Shown here: positions 31,433 through 40,191 of the stretch, piece by piece
How the letters are laid out: each line of letters starts with the position of its first letter
Numbering within the stretch: the first letter of the stretch is position 1
NCBI GenBank assembly: GCA_913043225.1
Contig: CAJWLU010000010.1
Location: 32,001-96,000 of the forward strand
Length of the DNA stretch: 64,000 nucleotides
Direction: 5' to 3'
DNA from: an uncultured Acidobacteriota bacterium
GTDB taxonomy: Bacteria; Acidobacteriota; Vicinamibacteria; Vicinamibacterales; UBA8438
Position numbers and translations under genes: made by a program
Notes under the pieces: generated by a model
Told to the model about the DNA's origin: nothing
The model's input: the letters and a program-made list of their open reading frames with translations, nothing else
Databases searched by the model: none

Positions 31433-32632
31433 CTAGCCGGTGTGGTTGGCCAGCGCCTGCTCCAGGATGTCCAATGCCCGGTCGATCTCGTCGTCGGTGA
31501 CCGTCAGCGGCGGTAACATCCGCACGACGTTCCCGCCCGTGCGATTGACCAGCAGGCGTCGCTCTTGGGCACCAGCGACCACAGCGATCGCGGCCTTCTC
31601 GGTCATCGCGATGCCTCGCATGAGCCCGGCCCCACGCACCTCCTGGACCACCTCGTGTCGCGCGGCGATCGCCTCCAGACCCTGGCTCAGCCGATCGCCC
31701 GCTTGGCGGACGCGCTCGAGGCCGCCCTGTTCCAGCATGTCGAGGAATACGAGGGCCGCACGGCAGGAAAGCAGGTTGCCGCCGTATGTGGTGCCGTGGT
31801 CGCCCGGGGACACGGCGTCGGCGACCGCCTGGCTCATCAGTAACGCTCCGATCGGCACGCCGCCGCCAAGCGCTTTACCCAGCGACATGAGGTCTGGCTT
31901 GAGCCCCAACGTCGCCGAGTGGAAGGCGGCGCCGGTCCGGCCGAGTCCGCACTGAATCTCGTCGGCGATGAGCAGCGTGCCGCTTCGGCGGCACCCGACC
32001 GTGATCACCTCGGCCAGCTCGTTCGACAGCGGCCACACCCCGCCTTCACCCTGGATTGGTTCGACGATCAGGGCCGCGACTTCGTCGGTCAGTGCCGCCT
32101 CCAGTGCCAATGGGTCATCGGGCGAGACGAAGGTCACGTCCAGCAGTGGGGCGAACGGAGCGCGATACCCCGGTTCGGCCGTGGTCGACAACGCGCCTAG
32201 GGTGCGACCGTGGAAGGAACGTTCCAGCGCGACGAACCGGGTGCGGCTGTGTACGTCCTGGCTGTACCAGTAGCGCCGGGCGAACTTTAGGCAGCCTTCG
32301 ACAGCCTCGGTGCCGCTGTTGCAGAAGAACACGCGGGCCAGACCCGAGAGCCTCGCCAGGCGTTCTCCCACCTGACCCTGGAGGGGGTGGAAGTAGAGGT
32401 TCGACGTGTGGAGCAACGTCTTGGCCTGATCAGCCAGCGCCTCCGCCAGTACTGGATTGGCGTGACCCATCGAGGCCACCCCGAGACCGGAGATGAAGTC
32501 GAGATACGGTTGCCCTGCGGTGTCATACAGGTGGCTGCCTTCGCCTCGGTTGAGTACGATGGGAATGCGCCGGTACACCTGGAGCAGGTATTCAGTTTCG
32601 AGGGATTGAATATCGGCTGCGTCGGTGGTCAT
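31433..32632 (-). CDS. argD: Acetylornithine aminotransferase
   Basis: NSGTEA, FHGRT, EPIQGEGG, DEIQCGLGRTG, GKALGGG, HGTTYGGN; arg operon context. Confidence 0.93.
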   Translation of the reverse strand: MTTDAADIQSLETEYLLQVYRRIPIVLNRGEGSHLYDTAGQPYLDFISGLGVASMGHANPVLAEALADQAKTLLHTSNLYFHPLQGQVGERLARLSGLARVFFCNSGTEAVEGCLKFARRYWYSQDVHSRTRFVALERSFHGRTLGALSTTAEPGYRAPFAPLLDVTFVSPDDPLALEAALTDEVAALIVEPIQGEGGVWPLSNELAEVITVGCRRSGTLLIADEIQCGLGRTGAAFHSATLGLKPDLMSLGKALGGGVPIGALLMSQAVADAVSPGDHGTTYGGNLLSCRAALVFLDMLEQGGLERVRQAGDRLSQGLEAIAARHEVVQEVRGAGLMRGIAMTEKAAIAVVAGAQERRLLVNRTGGNVVRMLPPLTVTDDEIDRALDILEQALANHTG

Positions 32633-33450
32633 GACTCTGTCGACTCCGATCCGTCCATCGAGGGGATCTCGATTCGAGTACCAGGGCTGGCATCCAGGTC
32701 GGCGGTCTGCTTGCCGGTGACGATGTCTACGCGCGCGACCCCACTCCTGGCCGCAGCGCGGCAGGCCGTCAGCTTGGCCACCATCCCCGCGCTGGCCCGG
32801 CCGTCTCCGATCAGCTGGTCCATCAGCGCCCCGTCCACCACCGGAATGGTCGCGCCGTCCGGGTCAAGCACGCCGGCCGTGCCGCCTGCGATGAGCAACC
32901 GGTCGGCGCCAAGCGACGCCGCGAGGTGTCCCGCTAGGGTATCGGCGTTGACGTTCAGAAGCTGGCCGTCGTTGTTGGCGCCAATGCTCGCTACGACTGG
33001 CACAAATCCGCCAGCGCAGAGCGTTTCGATCAGTTGTGACCCGTCGCCGAAGGGTTGACCAACGAAGCCGAGGTCAACCGTCGCGCCGTCGGCGGCCGCA
33101 TAGGGCGCCGCCACTTGTACGCTGGCGACATCGCCGTCGGCCGCTGTCAGGCCGACGGCGCGCACTCCCATACTCCCGAGCGTCGCGACCAGGCGGGTGT
33201 TTACGCGTCCCGCGAGCACTCCGACGACGATCTCGAGGGTCCGGGCGTCGGTGATCCTGAGTCCGTCTACCGCGCGCTTGTCGATGCCGTGCACTGCCAT
33301 GTCGGCGTCGACCTCACGTCCGCCTCCATGGACTACTACGAGCGCCGAAGCCTGGGACACGCGCCGGATCGCGGTCGCCATCGCGCCGCGCCGCTCATCG
33401 GTCTCGAGCAGTTCGCCGCCGAACTTGAGAACGGTCAGGCCGGCGGTCAT
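32629..33450 (-). CDS. argB: Acetylglutamate kinase
   Basis: KFGG, VHGGG, GLRIT, NVNAD, GMVAK. Confidence 0.94.
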   Translation of the reverse strand: MTAGLTVLKFGGELLETDERRGAMATAIRRVSQASALVVVHGGGREVDADMAVHGIDKRAVDGLRITDARTLEIVVGVLAGRVNTRLVATLGSMGVRAVGLTAADGDVASVQVAAPYAAADGATVDLGFVGQPFGDGSQLIETLCAGGFVPVVASIGANNDGQLLNVNADTLAGHLAASLGADRLLIAGGTAGVLDPDGATIPVVDGALMDQLIGDGRASAGMVAKLTACRAAARSGVARVDIVTGKQTADLDASPGTRIEIPSMDGSESTES

Positions 33451-34436
33451 GAGAGGCCCGTCGTCTCATCGAGTCCGAAGGCCACGTTCAGGTTTTGCAG
33501 GGCTTGACCAGCCGCCCCTTTGACCAGGTTGTCGAGGCAGGCAACAAGAACCAGGCGTCTAGACGCCTGGTCCCAGCGCCAGCCGATGTCGCAGAAGTTG
33601 GTGTGCACTACGTGCTTGATCTCGGGCAGTACGTCGCCGTCGACTCGGACGAAGGGGGCGTCCCTGTAGGCCGCGTCGAACGCCTCGGCGATTGCGGCGG
33701 CGCTCAGTCCCGGCCGGGTCCGGACGTAGATGGTCTCCAGGATGCCTCGGTCGAGTGGCACGAGATGCGGTGTGAACGTTACCGGTCGATCGAGCTCCTG
33801 CTCGATCTCGGCCCCATGCCGGTGACCCAGCACGCTATAGGCCGCGACGCTCCCATGGTTCTCAGAGAAATGGGTCCGTTCCGAGGGCTTCTTGCCGGCG
33901 CCGGAAATGCCGGACTTGGCGTCGATGATGATGTCACCCTCGAGGAGTCCAGCGTCAGTCAGCGGTCGGAGTGCCAGTAGTGCGCCCGTGGGGTAGCAGC
34001 CGGGACACGCGACCAGGCGAGCTGTCTGTAGTTCGTCTCGGTAGTACTCGGTCAGTCCGTAGACCGCCGGTTCGTCCAGGTCCGGGGTCGCCGGGTACCA
34101 CCGGAGCCGCAGCGAGCGGTCGCGCAGTCTGAACGTTCCGGCCAGGTCGAATACGCGGACTCCTCGTTCCGTCAGCGCCGGTCCCACTTCGGCGGCCACT
34201 GCGTCAGGCAGCGTCATGAACACCGCTTGACACTCCGCAGCCAACCGGTCCACTGACAGCGGTTCCACCTCGCCGTTCCAGATGCGTGTCAGCGCGGGGA
34301 GGCGGCGGTTACCATCGGTCGAGGCCGATGCCATCGCGCAGGTCACGGTGGCGGCGGGATGTCGGGCGGCCAGCCGAATCAGCTCCTGCCCCGCGTATCC
34401 GGTTGCGCCGGCGACGCCGATAGAAATTTCAGGCAT
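33447..34436 (-). CDS. argC: N-acetyl-gamma-glutamyl-phosphate reductase
   Basis: GATGYAG, PGCYPT, SGISGAG, HRH, DNLVKGAAGQA. Confidence 0.96.
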   Translation of the reverse strand: MPEISIGVAGATGYAGQELIRLAARHPAATVTCAMASASTDGNRRLPALTRIWNGEVEPLSVDRLAAECQAVFMTLPDAVAAEVGPALTERGVRVFDLAGTFRLRDRSLRLRWYPATPDLDEPAVYGLTEYYRDELQTARLVACPGCYPTGALLALRPLTDAGLLEGDIIIDAKSGISGAGKKPSERTHFSENHGSVAAYSVLGHRHGAEIEQELDRPVTFTPHLVPLDRGILETIYVRTRPGLSAAAIAEAFDAAYRDAPFVRVDGDVLPEIKHVVHTNFCDIGWRWDQASRRLVLVACLDNLVKGAAGQALQNLNVAFGLDETTGLS

Positions 34437-34471
34437 GAATACTTATTCTTATCTAGGGGTATTTATACGTC
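34434..34471. promoter_or_regulatory. Tandem ARG boxes at the argC start
   Basis: CATGAATACTTATTCTTA (34434-34451) and, 2 bp away, a weak box TAGGGGTATTTATACGTC (34454-34471). Confidence 0.65.
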
Positions 34472-34532
34472 ACTCTATCCTACCCGTCAACCGGGAAGGC
34501 TCTGGAAATACTGGTGACATGGTTTCCAGGGC

Positions 34533-34570
34533 GATGTATAGTATTCCAGCATTCTGAATAACTATGAAGA
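34533..34570. promoter_or_regulatory. Tandem ARG boxes at the argR start
   Basis: GATGTATAGTATTCCAGC (34533-34550) and TCTGAATAACTATGAAGA (34553-34570), 2-bp spacer. Confidence 0.7.
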
Positions 34571-35025
34571 ACTTTCGCCAATCAGCGATTCTCGAGCTGG
34601 TAGCCCAGCAGGCGATCCGGAGCCAGGACGCCCTTCGCCGGCGCTTGGCCGAACAGGGTATCGTGGCGACCCAGGCGACGATGTCACGTGACATCAAAGA
34701 GCTGGGTCTCGTCAAGCGGGCAGCCGATGGAGCTTATCAGACCGCGGAGGCTCTCTCGGACAAGGCTCCGTCCGAGGGGCGGATCCGCAAGGCCGTGCTC
34801 GACTACCTCCGGCGTCTGGAACGCGTCGACCAGCTGTTGGTTTTGAAGACCAATCCGGGGCAGGCGCAGCCCCTGGCCTACGCCCTCGACCACGCGGCTT
34901 GGTCCGAGATTGTCGGGACGGTCGCTGGAGACGATACGATCCTGCTCGTCACGCGCTCGGCTCGCGATGCCACAGGGCTCGAGCGGCGGCTCATCGAGTG
35001 GGTCCGCGGTCGCTCCGGGGCGTGA
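34564..35025 (+). CDS. argR: Arginine repressor
   Basis: [22 protein letters not shown]. Confidence 0.96.
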   Translation: MKNFRQSAILELVAQQAIRSQDALRRRLAEQGIVATQATMSRDIKELGLVKRAADGAYQTAEALSDKAPSEGRIRKAVLDYLRRLERVDQLLVLKTNPGQAQPLAYALDHAAWSEIVGTVAGDDTILLVTRSARDATGLERRLIEWVRGRSGA

Positions 35026-35043
35026 TTAACGAGGACGCGTCTT

Positions 35044-36465
35044 ATGACTCATCTCTGGTCCGGTCGCTTCGACTCGGCCCCCAACAAAGAAGTCTTCGAG
35101 TTCCAGTCGTCGTTCGTCTTCGATCGCGCGTTGTTCGAGGACGATGTGACGGGCAGCCTGGCCTGGGCCGAGGCTCTGGCCGCTGCCGGTGTACTCTCGG
35201 AGGACGACGCCCAGGATATCCGCTGCGCGCTCGAGGAGATACTCGCGGCTGGCCGGGCCGACCCCGCGTTCATCGATGGCGATGACGAGGATGTCCACGC
35301 ATTCGTCGAACGTCAACTGATCGCTCGCATTGGTGACGCGGGCAAGCGTCTGCATACTGGCCGGTCCCGGAACGAGCAGGTGTCGCTCGATCTCAGGCTC
35401 TACCTCCGGCGCCATATTCTCGGGCTGCGCCGCGAGCTGGCGGCCCTCGTCGGGGCGCTAGTGGCTCAGACCGAGGCCGCCGGGTCTGCCTTGATGCCGT
35501 CCTACACCCACCTGCGCCGCGCTCAGCCGATCCTGGTGAGTCATTATCTGCTGGCGCACGCAGCGGCCTTTCGGCGCGACGATCGTCGCTTCGCCGTTGC
35601 GGCCGATGAGGCCGACGCCCTACCGCTCGGATCTGGCGCGATCGCGGGCACGAGCTACGCGGTGGACACGGTCGCCCTTGCCGCGCGGCTCGGATTCACG
35701 CGCGTGGTCTCGAACAGCCTCGACGCCACCGCCGACCGGGACTTCGTGTCGGCGTTCTTGCACGCCTCCGCGGGAACCCTTATCCACCTGAGCCGGTTGG
35801 CCGAGGATCTCATCCTGTTCACTAGCGAGGAGTTTGGGTTCTTCGCGTTGTCTGACGCGGTCACGACGGGAAGCAGTCTCATGCCTCAGAAGAAGAACCC
35901 CGACCCATTAGAGCTCGTTCGCGGAAAGTCGGGACGGGTGATCGGTCGACTGAGCGGGTGGCTTGCGACGATGAAAGGCTTGCCCAGTGGCTACAACAAG
36001 GATCTGCAGGAGGATAAGGAGGCGGTCTTCGACACCGAGGTGACAGTCCGCCGGTCGCTGCGGGCCGTGGCCGCGGTGGTGCGTACCCTCGCGCTCGACC
36101 CGGTGCGGACCGATGCGGCGGCGTCGGGTCTGTCACTGGCCACCGACGTGGCTGACCTGCTGGTGGCACGCGGGGTGCCGTTCCGGGAGGCGCACGAAGT
36201 CGTCGGCCGGATGGTGCGCGACCTGCTGGAGGCTGGTCGCGACTTCAGCGCGCTGTCGCCAGACGAGTGGCGCGGCTACCACGAGCGACTGGACGTCGAG
36301 GCCGCCGCGCTGATCTCGGCGCGTGGTTCGGTCGAGGCTCGGCAGACACCGCAATCGACCGCCCCAGACGCTGTGGCCGCCGCCCTCGATGAGACGAGAC
36401 GTTGGCTGACCGAGCGGGTCGGTTCGGCGGATACGGAAAACGTTTACGATCCCGCCTCTGAGTAG
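35044..36465 (+). CDS. argH: Argininosuccinate lyase
   Basis: LWSGRF, HTGRSRNEQ, YTHL, GSSLMPQKKNPD, YNKDLQEDK. Confidence 0.97.
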   Translation: MTHLWSGRFDSAPNKEVFEFQSSFVFDRALFEDDVTGSLAWAEALAAAGVLSEDDAQDIRCALEEILAAGRADPAFIDGDDEDVHAFVERQLIARIGDAGKRLHTGRSRNEQVSLDLRLYLRRHILGLRRELAALVGALVAQTEAAGSALMPSYTHLRRAQPILVSHYLLAHAAAFRRDDRRFAVAADEADALPLGSGAIAGTSYAVDTVALAARLGFTRVVSNSLDATADRDFVSAFLHASAGTLIHLSRLAEDLILFTSEEFGFFALSDAVTTGSSLMPQKKNPDPLELVRGKSGRVIGRLSGWLATMKGLPSGYNKDLQEDKEAVFDTEVTVRRSLRAVAAVVRTLALDPVRTDAAASGLSLATDVADLLVARGVPFREAHEVVGRMVRDLLEAGRDFSALSPDEWRGYHERLDVEAAALISARGSVEARQTPQSTAPDAVAAALDETRRWLTERVGSADTENVYDPASE

Positions 36466-36471
36466 TAGAAT
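36443..36471 (+). promoter_or_regulatory. sigma70-type promoter at the end of argH
   Basis: TTTACG-17 bp-TAGAAT. Confidence 0.6.
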
Positions 36472-36477
36472 GGGGTC

Positions 36478-36690
36478 ATTGCGCTTCGCAGTCTAGCCAC
36501 GCCGCCCCCCGCGAAGAGGGTATATGGCCGCCTGGCTGATTAGACGCCGTCCTGCTGCGAATCGCAAACCTAACTCTTCTTGAAGCGACGGACTAGTGCT
36601 TCACCGTGTTGTGTGACTTGGGCCTGTTTCTGCAAGTACGTGCTGGTTGCCAATGCCAGCGTGTAGCGGCTACCCACTGCTAGAGAGGCA
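36478..36690 (+). ncRNA. Candidate structured leader or ncRNA (unassigned family)
   Basis: Stem TTGCG-C-TTCGCAG (36479-36491) with CTGCGAA-T-CGCAA (36555-36567), nested helices and further hairpins. Confidence 0.4.
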
Positions 36691-36693
36691 TTC

Positions 36694-37398
36694 ATGGAGC
36701 AGCACCAGGTTCGCCTGGGCGACGTCCTTGACGACTACTGCCCCCGCGAACGACGCGTGACCAACCACGCCGTCGTCGCCATTGTTGGCGACGAGATTAA
36801 GCTAACGCGATGCACGACCTGTGACAACGAGCATCCCTACAAGGAAGCGAAAGTGCCACCACGACGACAAACCAAGCTCGTAGCTGCGCTCTCGAAGTCG
36901 GAGGACGGGCCAACCCCCGCTCTGGCCGCGACTGCAAAGCAACAGGAGCCGGCACCGGCCCCTGTTCCTGCAGCCCCCCCGGCGGCGATGACTGAGGTCG
37001 AGGACATTGAGCCGGTCTCGTCGCCGCCACCGCCGCCCAGCGACTCGACGCACCGTCCACTGATTCGAGCTTCTCTCGCCCGGCCCGAGGGCACACCGCC
37101 GCCGGCCCGCGTGCCTCCGGTCTTCACGATTCGCGAGAGCGGTCGCGACGCGATCCTCGAGCGGGGAGCGAGCGGAAACGTCGCCCCGACGTCCCAACAG
37201 CCCTCGCGGAAACGACGCAGCGGCCGCTCGGGTGGTGAGGTAAACGGTAACCGCAGCGACGGGCATCAGGGCCAGACGACACGCCAGGGTCAGAACAAGA
37301 ACGGCAACTCGCGCAGCTCGCGGAATCGCAGTTCAGGGAACAGGGCCGAACGCCAAAACCGAAGCCAGCGGAACCGGGGGAAAGGCCGCTCCCGCTAG
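36694..37398 (+). CDS. Hypothetical protein: Cys/His zinc-ribbon-like N-terminus and disordered basic tail
   Basis: YCPRERRVTNH...RCTTCDNEHPY; Pro-rich middle, Arg/Asn/Gln/Ser-rich C-terminus; RBS GAGAGG. Confidence 0.8.
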   Translation: MEQHQVRLGDVLDDYCPRERRVTNHAVVAIVGDEIKLTRCTTCDNEHPYKEAKVPPRRQTKLVAALSKSEDGPTPALAATAKQQEPAPAPVPAAPPAAMTEVEDIEPVSSPPPPPSDSTHRPLIRASLARPEGTPPPARVPPVFTIRESGRDAILERGASGNVAPTSQQPSRKRRSGRSGGEVNGNRSDGHQGQTTRQGQNKNGNSRSSRNRSSGNRAERQNRSQRNRGKGRSR

Positions 37399-37418
37399 TC
37401 GCTCAGCCGCGTGGTCTG

Positions 37419-37709
37419 ATGCCTCGCGTGTTCTTCCTGCTCTCGGCGGTGCTACTCCTGGCCAGCGGGTGCGTCACCCCCCTCGCTTCCACCAGCCTGC
37501 ACGACTCGACGATCAACGCTCGTGCGCGCGGGGCGCTCCTAAACCAACCGGGTACCGCTACGGTGCAGATCGAGGCCGAGACCGTGCGCGGCATCGTAAC
37601 CTTCTCCGGCATGGTCGAGTCGGTCGTGATCGAGGGGCGCGCCCCGACGCTCACCAAGAGGGGCGATGGGGTTCGCGAGGTCTCTTCGCGGCTCCAGTTC
37701 GCGAGATGA
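37419..37709 (+). CDS. BON-domain lipoprotein (divergent)
   Basis: Lipobox LASGC; DSTINARARGALL...GIVTFSGMV...GVREVSSRL. Confidence 0.65.
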   Translation: MPRVFFLLSAVLLLASGCVTPLASTSLHDSTINARARGALLNQPGTATVQIEAETVRGIVTFSGMVESVVIEGRAPTLTKRGDGVREVSSRLQFAR

Positions 37710-37740
37710 TCGGGTCGGTGTCCCGCGGCGGCCCGGAGCT

Positions 37741-37995
37741 ATGAGCGTCACCATCCGCCGCGTGCGCGGGACCCTGCTCAGGTTGGTCATGCATCGAGCC
37801 ACGGCGGTCGTAGCCGGGGCGGTGCTCTTGGTTCCAGCCGTAGCGCTGATGGTGGGGGAGTTTACGTTCGAGAACTGGGTGACCGATGGTCTCACTCTAA
37901 TAGCGGGCGGGACTGGAGCGGCACTGCTGTTGACCGGCGTCGCTGGTCGCCGGCCGGATTGGGTAGATCCTGACGAACCGCTCGATTCAGATTGA
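37741..37995 (+). CDS. Small two-TM membrane protein
   Basis: RBS GGAG, two hydrophobic helices, C-terminal GRRPDWVDP. Confidence 0.65.
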   Translation: MSVTIRRVRGTLLRLVMHRATAVVAGAVLLVPAVALMVGEFTFENWVTDGLTLIAGGTGAALLLTGVAGRRPDWVDPDEPLDSD

Positions 37996-37999
37996 CGCG

Positions 38000-38131
38000 T
38001 CAGTCCAACCCCGCCGTCGAGTCCGACTGGGGCTCGAGGTTGTATTCCACGATCTTGCGATACAGCGTGCCTCGGCTGATCTCGAGGATCTTGGCCCATC
38101 ATCGATACTTTTTCCCTTAACCCAGCTCCTG
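38000..38131 (-). pseudogene. Relic Fis-type helix-turn-helix
   Basis: Manual translation QELG*GKKYR*WAKILEISRGTLYRKIVEYNLEPQSDSTAGLD*; not in the ORF track. Confidence 0.7.
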
Positions 38132-38219
38132 TCAGGGTCACTGTCGAAAAGTGGTACACTCTCGCCCCGACGAGTCGGCGCATGGGTGACGTCGGCCTGT
38201 CTTCCAAGACGCGAAGCCC

Positions 38220-39353
38220 GTGCCCCATCGTCCATCAGCTCCCTCGGGCCGGTCTGGCGCTAGCCGTCATCTCTCGGGACAGCCCATCAAGTACTACCGG
38301 CCGACCGGTCAGCCGCAAATCCGCCGCCTCGTCGACGACGGCTTTCAGGCGTTCAACGCCGGTCGTCTGTCGGAAGCCTGCCGGGTCTATAGTGACAAGA
38401 TGCTCGACCCCGGCAATGACGTGACCATCGGCCTTACGATGGCCGGGGCACTTACTCCGGCTGGGCTTGGCGGGTGCGTCATCGAGCTGATGGAGCGGGG
38501 GCTGGTCGACTTTGTGATTAGCACTGGCGCGAACCTCTACCACGACCTCCACTATGCCCTGAACTTCACACTGCACCGCGGCTCGCCGTTTCTCGATGAC
38601 GTGGAGCTCCACGAAGACGGGATCATCCGTATCTATGACGTGCTCTTCCCGGCCGATGTCTTGCTCGAGACCGATGCCTACGTCCGGGACTTCCTGGTGC
38701 GGAGCGGGCTAGAGGGCCCGGTGGCGTCGGCCACCTTTCATCAGGCGCTCGGCGACGACCTACGGGAGTGTCACCCCGGTTGCGAGTCGCATTCGCTGGT
38801 GGCGGCTGCCTCAGCGGCGGGCGTGCCGGTCTACACTTCCTCACCAGGCGACAGTTCCATTGGCATGAACGTCGCCTGGCAGTCGTTGCTGGGCGCGGGT
38901 GGCGGATGCGTCATCGACCCCAGCCGAGATGTCAACGAGGTCGCGGCCATCATCCTCTCCGGCACCCGGAACGGCTGCGTGATCCTGGGAGGCGGGTCGC
39001 CAAAGAACTTCTACCTGCAGGGCCAGCCGACGCTGTGGGAGATCTACGGCATTCCGAAGGGCGGGAACGAGTACTTCATTCAGATCACGACCGATCAGGT
39101 GGTCTGGGGCGGGCTCTCAGGCGCGACACCGTCGGAGGCTGTTAGCTGGGGGAAGGTAAACCCTGGCATGCTGCCGGACGCCGTGGTGGCTTACTGCGAT
39201 ACGACCATAGCGTTCCCGATCTTCTGTGAGTACGCGGTAGGGTCCTCGCACGCGCGTCGGCCGCGTCGCGAGCTTGTCCACCGCCGTGACGAGCTCGTGG
39301 CGGAGCTTGAGCGCCAGGCGCGGGCCCGTGCCGAGGGCGATGGGGGCGACTAG
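38220..39353 (+). CDS. Deoxyhypusine-synthase-like protein (probable homospermidine synthase, SpeY type)
   Basis: AGALTPAGLG, STGANLYHD, DSSIG, GGGSPKNF (catalytic Lys), GGLSGATPSEAVSWGK. Confidence 0.88.
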   Translation: MPHRPSAPSGRSGASRHLSGQPIKYYRPTGQPQIRRLVDDGFQAFNAGRLSEACRVYSDKMLDPGNDVTIGLTMAGALTPAGLGGCVIELMERGLVDFVISTGANLYHDLHYALNFTLHRGSPFLDDVELHEDGIIRIYDVLFPADVLLETDAYVRDFLVRSGLEGPVASATFHQALGDDLRECHPGCESHSLVAAASAAGVPVYTSSPGDSSIGMNVAWQSLLGAGGGCVIDPSRDVNEVAAIILSGTRNGCVILGGGSPKNFYLQGQPTLWEIYGIPKGGNEYFIQITTDQVVWGGLSGATPSEAVSWGKVNPGMLPDAVVAYCDTTIAFPIFCEYAVGSSHARRPRRELVHRRDELVAELERQARARAEGDGGD

Positions 39354-39403
39354 CAGGTTGTCGGCGATCGAGTTTGTCGATCCATGGAACTTCTGACACT
39401 GCC

Positions 39404-39805
39404 ATGCACGCTGTGATGAAACGGATCTCGTTCTGTTATGGCCACCGCCTGATGGAGTACGACGGCGATTGCCGGCATCCGCATGGCCACAACGCCGTGG
39501 TCGAGATCGAGGTGTCTGCTCAGGAGCTCGATCGCCGCGGGATGGTGCGCGATTTTCGTGAGATCTCGGAGTTGATCGGTGGGTGGGTCGATCGCGAGCT
39601 GGATCACAAGATGATCCTTCGCCGGGACGACCCGCTGGTCGACGCGTTGCGGGGGATGGGGGAGCCAGTGTTTGTGGTCGACGTCAACCCAACCGCTGAG
39701 TGTCTAGCCGAGCTGATCTACTTGCAGGCGCGCGCGAGTGGCCTGCCGGTGACACGGGTTACCGTGTGGGAAACGCCCACCTCCTCGGCAACCTACGCCG
39801 CTTAA
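39404..39805 (+). CDS. queD: 6-carboxytetrahydropterin synthase
   Basis: HRL...CRHPHGHN, LDH, NPTAE, VWET; start set at ATG 39404. Confidence 0.9.
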   Translation: MHAVMKRISFCYGHRLMEYDGDCRHPHGHNAVVEIEVSAQELDRRGMVRDFREISELIGGWVDRELDHKMILRRDDPLVDALRGMGEPVFVVDVNPTAECLAELIYLQARASGLPVTRVTVWETPTSSATYAA

Positions 39806-40191
39806 GCGTATTGGCTCATCGTCCTCGAACGAGTGACGTTTTTTGTGGCAATAGATTAAGACACAAATAGACACTGTCGAGTTCTGGCCGAACCCGAAGA
39901 TCGGGTTTAGCTTCCACGAGGCGGCCTTCGGAGATTTTTCCACCACCGCAGGGATTTTTTCCCTACCGAATCGAGAGGTTGTGCGAGTTGGTTGGTGAAT
40001 GAGTACGGAGGGTCATTTCTACAGGAAACTTCTTGCGCAATTAGCGGCGAGCTCGCTAGTTGATCGGTCGGTTGGGAAGGTAAGGAGAGGTCGGCAACAC
40101 GTCTATCGCCTCAGTTCCAGTAGGAAGCCTTGCCGGGAATCACCCATCGGACGCCACATCGAGGGTCTTCGACGTCTCCGTGGTAGCACCC

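Noticed and set aside
36478..36690. SRP RNA, 6S RNA, T-box or tRNA
   Set aside because: No SRP helix-8 motif, no T-box UGGNACC, no cloverleaf and no clear end-to-end 6S rod; kept only as an unassigned candidate
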